In this document: one piece after another, positions 58,146 through 64,000 of the stretch
Position numbering within the stretch: the stretch's first letter is position 1
Layout: each line of letters starts with the position of its first letter
Origin: an uncultured delta proteobacterium
GTDB lineage: Bacteria > Desulfobacterota > Binatia > UBA9968
Assembly (NCBI GenBank): GCA_963727625.1
Contig: CAVSHR010000004.1
Coordinates: forward strand, 384,001 to 448,000
Length of the DNA stretch: 64,000 nt
Direction: 5' to 3'
Made by a program: the position numbers and the translations under genes
The notes under the pieces: model-generated
Told to the model about the DNA's origin: nothing
The model's input: only the letters and a program-made list of their open reading frames with translations
Database searches by the model: none

Positions 58146-59651
58146 TTAACGTTGCTTGCGCAGCAAGGGGAATAGAATCACGTCGCGAATCGACGGCGAA
58201 TTGGTAAAAAGCATCACCAGGCGGTCGATGCCGATCCCCTCACCCGCGGCCGGTGGCAGGCCGTATTCAAGGGCGCGCAGGTAATCTTCGTCGATCGGAT
58301 TCGCCGTGTCGTCGCCCGCGGCGCGCGCAGCCATTTGTTCAAGAAAGCGCTGGCGTTGATCGGCCGGATCGTTGAGCTCGGAGAACGCGTTGGCCAACTC
58401 GCGTCCGGCAATATAAAGCTCGAAGCGATCAACCATGGCCGGGTTTTCCTCGTTCTTGCGCGCTAGCGGCGACACTTCAATGGGATAACCCGTAACAAAG
58501 GTCGGCTGGATCAGCTCCGCTTCAGCCACTTCTTCAAAGACCTCCACGAGCGCGTTGCCGTAGGTCGCGCTCAAATCGATCCGCAAATCCTTGCGCGCGG
58601 CGAAGCGCCGTAACCCGTCCAGAGTGTCGACCTCTTCCTTAGTCGCGCCGCCATGCGCGATGATCGCTTCCGGAATTGTCAGCCTAAGCCAGGGCCGAGT
58701 GAGATCGATCGAATGCTCGCCGTACGTGATTCGCGGCCCGCCACAGACCTCCCTGGCGAGGGTGACGAAAAGATCCTCGGTGAGTTCGATCAAATCCTCG
58801 AAGGTCGCATAGGCCTGGTAGAATTCGACCATGGTAAATTCCGGATTATGGCGCACCGAGATGCCTTCGTTACGAAAATTTCGATTGATTTCGAAGACCC
58901 GCTCAAAGCCGCCAACCAGCAGCCGTTTCAAAAACAACTCCGGTGCCACCCGCAAATAAAGATCCATATCGAGGGTATTGTGGTGCGTGATAAACGGCCG
59001 GGCAGCCGCCCCGCCTGGGATCGATTGCATCATCGGCGTTTCAACTTCGAGAAAGTCCCGGTCTTCAAAAAAAAGCCGGAGCAACCGCACCACCTTCGAG
59101 CGCTTCTCAAAAACTTCGCGCACCTCTGGGTTGACCATCAAGTCAAGATAGCGTTGGCGATAACGCGCCTCGACGTCGGCCAGGCCGTGCCACTTCTCCG
59201 GCAAGGGCCGCAAACATTTGGTCAGCAAACACACTTCTTCGGCTGCCAGCGTTAGTTCCTTGGTTCGGGTGCGAAAGAGATGACCGCTCACCCCGACGAT
59301 GTCGCCCACATCCAGACTGCGAAACAGCGTGTACCCTTCCTCACCCACGCCGGCCTGCTGGATATACACCTGCAAGCGCGCGCGCCGGTCTTGAATGTGG
59401 AAGAATGACGCTTTCCCCATCCGACGGATCGTCACGACTCGTCCGGCCACCCGAAAATTCTTGGGCGCCGACGCCAACGCTTCCTCGTTGGCCTCGGTGA
59501 ATCTGGCCACGATCGCCGCCGCTGAATCCGTCGGCTTGAAGTCATTGGGATAAATCGCTGCGCCTGAAGCCCTCAGCTTCTCGAGTTTTTGTTTGCGGAC
59601 CTCGACTTGCTCGCTGCTGTCATCGATGGCGTTTGAAGAGTTATCAGCCAT
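58146..59651 (-). CDS. lysS: Lysine--tRNA ligase (class II)
   Basis: RYRQRYLDL, GGAAARPF, FRNEG, HNPEF, YGLPP..GEGIGIDRL. Confidence 0.97.
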   Translation of the reverse strand: MADNSSNAIDDSSEQVEVRKQKLEKLRASGAAIYPNDFKPTDSAAAIVARFTEANEEALASAPKNFRVAGRVVTIRRMGKASFFHIQDRRARLQVYIQQAGVGEEGYTLFRSLDVGDIVGVSGHLFRTRTKELTLAAEEVCLLTKCLRPLPEKWHGLADVEARYRQRYLDLMVNPEVREVFEKRSKVVRLLRLFFEDRDFLEVETPMMQSIPGGAAARPFITHHNTLDMDLYLRVAPELFLKRLLVGGFERVFEINRNFRNEGISVRHNPEFTMVEFYQAYATFEDLIELTEDLFVTLAREVCGGPRITYGEHSIDLTRPWLRLTIPEAIIAHGGATKEEVDTLDGLRRFAARKDLRIDLSATYGNALVEVFEEVAEAELIQPTFVTGYPIEVSPLARKNEENPAMVDRFELYIAGRELANAFSELNDPADQRQRFLEQMAARAAGDDTANPIDEDYLRALEYGLPPAAGEGIGIDRLVMLFTNSPSIRDVILFPLLRKQR

Positions 59652-59726
59652 TACACGCTCGCATTCTTGCGCCTGCCACGGGGGGCGCGATCGCTAACTC
59701 GCTTGGACAGGCAAGGTGGAAGTAAT

Positions 59727-60590
59727 TTATAGCCCGAGATTTTTGCAGATCGTCTGCACCGAATAAGATCGATTCAGCGAATAGAAGTGCAGCCCCGCAA
59801 CACCGAATTTGATCAATTCTTCACATTGGCCGGTGGCGTATTCAATGCCCATCTCCACCGCGGCGTCGTCATCGTTTTCGACCTTAAGCAGTTCCCTTTC
59901 AAGCTTCGCAGGAATCTTGGAACAACAAAGCGCGGTAAAGCGGCGCACCTGCGGCGCCGAAAGAATCGGCAGAATTCCCGGCACGATGGGAACCTTCACA
60001 CCCTTTTTTCTGAGCTCTTCGACGAAACGGAAATAATCAGCGTTGTCATAGAATAGCTGGGTGATGACCGCGTCGGCGCCGGCGTCGATTTTTTCCTTGA
60101 GAAAGCGCAAATCCGCCGCCCGGCTCTCGGCGCGTGGGTGGCCCTCGGGAAAACCGGCGACGGCAACAGAAATACCACCAAGAGCGACGGCCTCGCGAAC
60201 CAGCTCAATGGCATGGCGAAAGCCATCGGGATGGGGCTGCCAGTCGACCATGCCCAGGGGCGGATCACCGCCCAGCGCGAGTAGGTTTTCAATGTGCTTT
60301 TCCTTGAGCCGCGCGAGAATTGCTCGGGCGTCGGTTTTGGACTGGCCAACCACGGTCAGGTGGCACATGACCTCGAGACCGCATTCCGTGTGAATGGCTT
60401 CGACCAGTCCGACGGTTTTTTCGCGCGTGCTTCCGCCCGCCCCGTACGTAACAGAACAAAAGCCAGGATTGAGCCTCTTCATGATTTCGATTTCATGAAA
60501 GAGGTTTTCCTCGCCCTTTTCTGTCTTTGGAGGAAAGAACTCAACCGAGAGGGTCAACCCAGGTCGGGCGTAGAGGTCGGCCAGCTTCAC
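59727..60590 (-). CDS. metF: Methylenetetrahydrofolate reductase
   Basis: SVEFFPPK, SVTYGAGG, HLT, TQLFYD, HFYSLN. Confidence 0.95.
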   Translation of the reverse strand: MKLADLYARPGLTLSVEFFPPKTEKGEENLFHEIEIMKRLNPGFCSVTYGAGGSTREKTVGLVEAIHTECGLEVMCHLTVVGQSKTDARAILARLKEKHIENLLALGGDPPLGMVDWQPHPDGFRHAIELVREAVALGGISVAVAGFPEGHPRAESRAADLRFLKEKIDAGADAVITQLFYDNADYFRFVEELRKKGVKVPIVPGILPILSAPQVRRFTALCCSKIPAKLERELLKVENDDDAAVEMGIEYATGQCEELIKFGVAGLHFYSLNRSYSVQTICKNLGL

Positions 60591-60688
60591 AGAAATCCTT
60601 GATGACTACCTTCGGCGTGTCAATTATTAGCACAATGTTATGCGGGGAACAAATGGCTGGTCAATAAAAAATCAAATTTTTTCCATAG

Positions 60689-61099
60689 TTATCCCCTGCC
60701 GACTCGGTCGCGAACGAGGTTTGGATCGCAGCCGGAGCCAACTTCTGGGGTGATTTGCGCGCGAAGCGCATCGGTATGACGCAGCAAAGCATCCTTGATT
60801 TCATCGGGCACTTGGTAAGATTCCAAAGTTTCCTTGAGTATTTGCCGGCGCCGCGCGAAATGGCCGCCCATAATCGGATGGTTTGCGTGCGTACGAGCGA
60901 GCGGCCGTCCCTGATAAGCCACGTCGGCGCCGAGAAAATTGGCGGCGAGCTGATATTCGAATTCTTTTATGCGGCGCCGGTCCGCGTTACGAAAGAAAAA
61001 ACCGATCATGCGATCGGCAAAAACACGATCGATAAAGGAACCGATAATTGCTCGCAGTCGGCTTTCGCCGCCGAGTTTGTCAAATAGACTTTGGGCCAT
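60689..61099 (-). CDS. Group I (trHbN-like) truncated hemoglobin
   Basis: SLFDKLGG, RVFAD..I..FF, LG...YQGR.L...H (proximal His), HF. Confidence 0.8.
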   Translation of the reverse strand: MAQSLFDKLGGESRLRAIIGSFIDRVFADRMIGFFFRNADRRRIKEFEYQLAANFLGADVAYQGRPLARTHANHPIMGGHFARRRQILKETLESYQVPDEIKDALLRHTDALRAQITPEVGSGCDPNLVRDRVGRG

Positions 61100-61195
61100 G
61101 GAGCTGTTTCGTATGCCAGCGGACGAGATTAATCTTTAAACGGCAATCTTTCACGGGTAAAGGGTAACCAGTATGTAGACTGCGGATCGCGATCT

Positions 61196-61516
61196 CTACA
61201 GCATCCCCAGTTGCAAGCGCGCGGCTTCCGACATCTTGCTCGGATCCCAGGGCGGCTCCCACACGAGATCAATGGTAACGTCGGTCACTCCCGGCACCGC
61301 CCGAACCTTGCTTTCGATGTCAGCCGGCATGGACTGTGCCGCCGGGCAATGGGGCGAGGTAAGGGTCATTTGAATCGTCACGGCGCCTTCGGGCGCCACT
61401 TTCAAATCATAGATCAGCCCCAACTCGTAGATGTTGACCGGGATCTCCGGATCGAAACAAGTTCGCAGAGCTTCGACGGCTTGCGCCTCGATAATGGTTT
61501 GGTTGATACTATCCAT
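61196..61516 (-). CDS. DUF59/SufT-like Fe-S maturation protein (short form)
   Basis: DPEIPVNIYELGLIY, MTLTSPHCP, VWEPPW. Confidence 0.9.
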   Translation of the reverse strand: MDSINQTIIEAQAVEALRTCFDPEIPVNIYELGLIYDLKVAPEGAVTIQMTLTSPHCPAAQSMPADIESKVRAVPGVTDVTIDLVWEPPWDPSKMSEAARLQLGML

Positions 61517-61543
61517 AAGCAAGAATCATAGCTGAAAAAATAG

Positions 61544-62101
61544 TCATTCAATCCCCAATTGATGTTTGGCGTTCGCTGAAATCATGCTTTGATTCCACGG
61601 CGGTTCCCAAACCAGTTCGACGTCGGCCTCGCGGATTTCCGGGAGCGCCAGGAGTTTTTTCTTTATATCTTCTTTGAGGAATTCGCCCATGCCGCAGCCC
61701 TGCGCCGTCAAGGTAAACTGCACAACCGCTTTATGCCCGCTCGCCGGCAGCGCCTCGACCCGACAATCATAGATCAATCCCAAATCGACGATATTCACTG
61801 GGATCTCGGGATCAAAACAGGTGCGTAACTGGTTCCAAACGGTTTCTTCAACGGAAGCGCCAGATAGGGCCGCGCCCGTACCCGCCGCACTGGCATCCCG
61901 TAGCTCGGGAGGGCCCAGCGCGTCGCCGTCGCCAGCATCGATACGCGCCATATGTCCGTGATCGGTCATCACGGTAAAACTTGAGCCCAATGCCTGGGTT
62001 AGCCACACCGTCGATCCGGCGGCTAGCATTACCTTTGCACCGCTCGGGATCAGAATCGCGGCGCATTCGCGCTTGAGGACGATCGGTTTTTCTTCAGTCA
62101 T
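61544..62101 (-). CDS. sufT: Fe-S cluster assembly protein SufT (long form)
   Basis: N-terminal IPSG..TQALG.SFTV domain, then DPEIPVNIVDLGLIY, TLTAQGCGMG, WEPPW. Confidence 0.88.
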   Translation of the reverse strand: MTEEKPIVLKRECAAILIPSGAKVMLAAGSTVWLTQALGSSFTVMTDHGHMARIDAGDGDALGPPELRDASAAGTGAALSGASVEETVWNQLRTCFDPEIPVNIVDLGLIYDCRVEALPASGHKAVVQFTLTAQGCGMGEFLKEDIKKKLLALPEIREADVELVWEPPWNQSMISANAKHQLGIE

Positions 62102-62137
62102 GGCACCGGTTCCCTTCCTCATTGCCGCTCGGAGACC

Positions 62138-62590
62138 TTACTCGGTCGTCGCCGGGAGGGAGTCCTCCGCAAGCGCCGTGTTGACGGTATGCCACGCCAA
62201 GCTAGCGCACTTCACCCGCGCGGGAAATTTGCATACGCCCGAAAGAATCGCCAGCTTGCCCACTTTATCGACTGCTTCCGTGCTAGCCGAATCTCCGGTT
62301 AACATCCTGTGAACGTGGTCGAACAGCTCATGGGCCGCCGCCTCGGATTTGCCTTTTAACTCGGCGGTCATCATCGACGCGGAAGCCTTGGATATCGCGC
62401 AGCCCGAGCCCTCGAAGCTGATATCTTTAATCATACCGTTTTCGAGCCGCAGATACACCGTGACATGATCACCGCAAAGAGGATTATAACCCTCCGCCTT
62501 GCGGTTTGCATCGGTCATCGTGCGGAAATTCCGTGGACTCTTGTTGTGGTCCAGGATGACTTCTTGGTAAAGGTCGTCGAGATCAGACAT
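62138..62590 (-). CDS. sufU: SufU/NifU-like sulfur transfer protein
   Basis: LYQEVILDH, NPLCGD, GCAISKASAS, RVKCA. Confidence 0.93.
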   Translation of the reverse strand: MSDLDDLYQEVILDHNKSPRNFRTMTDANRKAEGYNPLCGDHVTVYLRLENGMIKDISFEGSGCAISKASASMMTAELKGKSEAAAHELFDHVHRMLTGDSASTEAVDKVGKLAILSGVCKFPARVKCASLAWHTVNTALAEDSLPATTE

Positions 62591-63852
62591 CAGCAAAAGA
62601 CTTTCAAGACTCGCTGGATTGCTTTCACCAGCACATCAATTTCCTCTATCGTATTATAAAAGGCAAATGAAGCCCGGGTCGTCGCCGGCACGCCGAAACG
62701 CTGCATGACGGGCATCGCGCAATGATGTCCGGCGCGCACCGCGACTCCTTCCTGGTCGAGAATCGTGCCCACGTCGTGGGCATGCACCTGACCTAGAACG
62801 AATGACAATACACCGGCTTTTTGTTTAGCCGTGCCGATAATTTTCAGCGCGGGAATTTCGCCGAGCGCTTCGGTCGCATAGCTCAGCAGCTCATGTTCGT
62901 GGACGGCAACTTGGTCCCAATCGAGAGCCTGTAAGTAATCGATCGCCGCGCCCAAGCCGATCACGCCGGCGATATGCGGCGTGCCAGCCTCGAATTTATA
63001 GGGCAGAACGTTGTAGTGGGTCTTTTCAAAAGTCACCAAGCTGATCATGTCGCCGCCGCCCTGGTACGGCGGCATTTTTTCAAGCAGCCCACAGCGTCCG
63101 TACAACACACCGATTCCGGTCGGCCCGAACATTTTGTGGCCCGAGAAAGCGTAGAAGTCGCAGTCTAGATCCTGCACATCGATTTTCAGATGGGGCACGG
63201 CTTGCGCGCCGTCAAGCAGCACCGGAACGCCGCGCCCGTGCGCGGTGGCAACCATCTCTTTGACCGGGGCGACGCTGCCGAGAGCGTTGGACACATGGGT
63301 CACGGCAACCAGCTTGGTACGCTCATTTAGCAGCCGCCCGTACTCCTCCATGACGATCTCACCGTCATGGTTGATTGGAATCACCCGTAATCGCGCACCC
63401 ACCTGCTCGCAAACCATCTGCCAGGGCACGATGTTCGAGTGATGCTCCATGGCGGAAACGACAATTTCGTCGCCGGCGCGCAAAAAACTGCGGCCATAAC
63501 TTTGCGCCACCAGATTGATCGCCTCCGTGGTGCCGCGCACGAAAATAATTTCCTTCTCAAAGCGCGCGTTGACGAAACCCCGGACTTTTTGTCGCGCCGC
63601 CTCGTAGGCCGCCGTCGCCTGCTCGCTCAGGAAATGCACGCCGCGATGAATATTGGAGTTCTCTACCGCGTAGTAGCGTTCGAGAGTTTCAATCACCTGG
63701 CGCGGCTTCTGACTGGTCGCGCCGTTATCGAAATAGACCAGCGGCTTGCCGTGCACCCGCTGAGCCAGAATCGGAAAATCGGCGCGGATACGCGCGACGT
63801 CGAAACCTGCCGAATCAGTTATGGAAGAAATTGCTTTCATCGAAAAATTCAC
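62590..63852 (-). CDS. sufS: Cysteine desulfurase SufS
   Basis: DNGATSQKP, EHHSN, SGHK, RAGHHCA. Confidence 0.95.
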   Translation of the reverse strand: MNFSMKAISSITDSAGFDVARIRADFPILAQRVHGKPLVYFDNGATSQKPRQVIETLERYYAVENSNIHRGVHFLSEQATAAYEAARQKVRGFVNARFEKEIIFVRGTTEAINLVAQSYGRSFLRAGDEIVVSAMEHHSNIVPWQMVCEQVGARLRVIPINHDGEIVMEEYGRLLNERTKLVAVTHVSNALGSVAPVKEMVATAHGRGVPVLLDGAQAVPHLKIDVQDLDCDFYAFSGHKMFGPTGIGVLYGRCGLLEKMPPYQGGGDMISLVTFEKTHYNVLPYKFEAGTPHIAGVIGLGAAIDYLQALDWDQVAVHEHELLSYATEALGEIPALKIIGTAKQKAGVLSFVLGQVHAHDVGTILDQEGVAVRAGHHCAMPVMQRFGVPATTRASFAFYNTIEEIDVLVKAIQRVLKVFC

Positions 63853-64000
63853 ACCCTGCGAAACTTCGACACCAAATAATCATTCAGCCGCCGGCGCAAG
63901 AAGTCGATCTTGATTCGCCCCACCACGTCGCTGGCGAACGCAAAGCTTAAAAGACTGCGCGCTTCGTCGAGCCCCAGGCCGCGGGAGCGCAGGTAAAACA
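63849..64000 (-). CDS. sufD: SufD (C-terminal fragment; 5' end lies outside the window)
   Basis: Hand translation FYLRSRGLGLDEARSLLSFAF...KFRRV*, GTGA overlap with the sufS start. Confidence 0.85.
   Translation of the reverse strand, partial: FYLRSRGLGLDEARSLLSFAFASDVVGRIKIDFLRRRLNDYLVSKFRRV

Noticed and set aside
60591-60688. Small hairpin (TGAC...GTCA) upstream of metF as a SAM/SAH/ZTP riboswitch
   Set aside because: Too short, and it lacks the consensus motifs I know for these classes.
1-64000. tRNA, rRNA, CRISPR, integrase/transposase, prophage or defence genes
   Set aside because: None were recognised on either strand by eye; very degenerate elements could have been missed.

Overview
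A GC-rich, gene-dense chromosomal region from a Gram-negative (LPS-producing) bacterium. Gene order and protein style suggest Deltaproteobacteria sensu lato, possibly Binatia (inference only). Most genes are on the minus strand and most are housekeeping. The main blocks are: (i) a pheA-hisC-tyrA-aroA-cmk-rpsA-sppA-ihfB-HIT superoperon followed by a Mg-chelatase-like AAA+ ATPase; (ii) an RluA pseudouridine synthase, O-methyltransferase, SDR, COG0523 GTPase, mutL-miaA-M20 peptidase and a UbiD decarboxylase; (iii) hldC-rpmB convergent with yicC-gmk-rel; (iv) a ~33 kb envelope cluster (lolCE-lolD-bamA-skp-lpxD-fabZ-lpxA-lpxI-gnnA-like-lpxB-msbA-waaA-lpxK-gmhB, heptosyltransferases, three LPS-kinase-family genes, a sulfotransferase, a GT-C transferase, GT2/GT4 enzymes, hldA); (v) lysS and metF; (vi) the 3' end of a suf operon with two DUF59/SufT genes and a truncated globin. 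I saw no rRNA, tRNA, CRISPR array or mobile element. Oddities: a 1-nt frame break in bamA inside extracellular loop 6; a decayed DUF151 nuclease-PDZ fusion gene with a signal-peptide-like N-terminus; a COG0523 GTPase fused to a Cys-rich domain ending in CC; an atypical globin behind suf; several glycosyltransferase relics in 'intergenic' DNA; and a candidate switchable RNA leader before hldC-rpmB. I cannot claim a clearly new multi-gene system from sequence alone.
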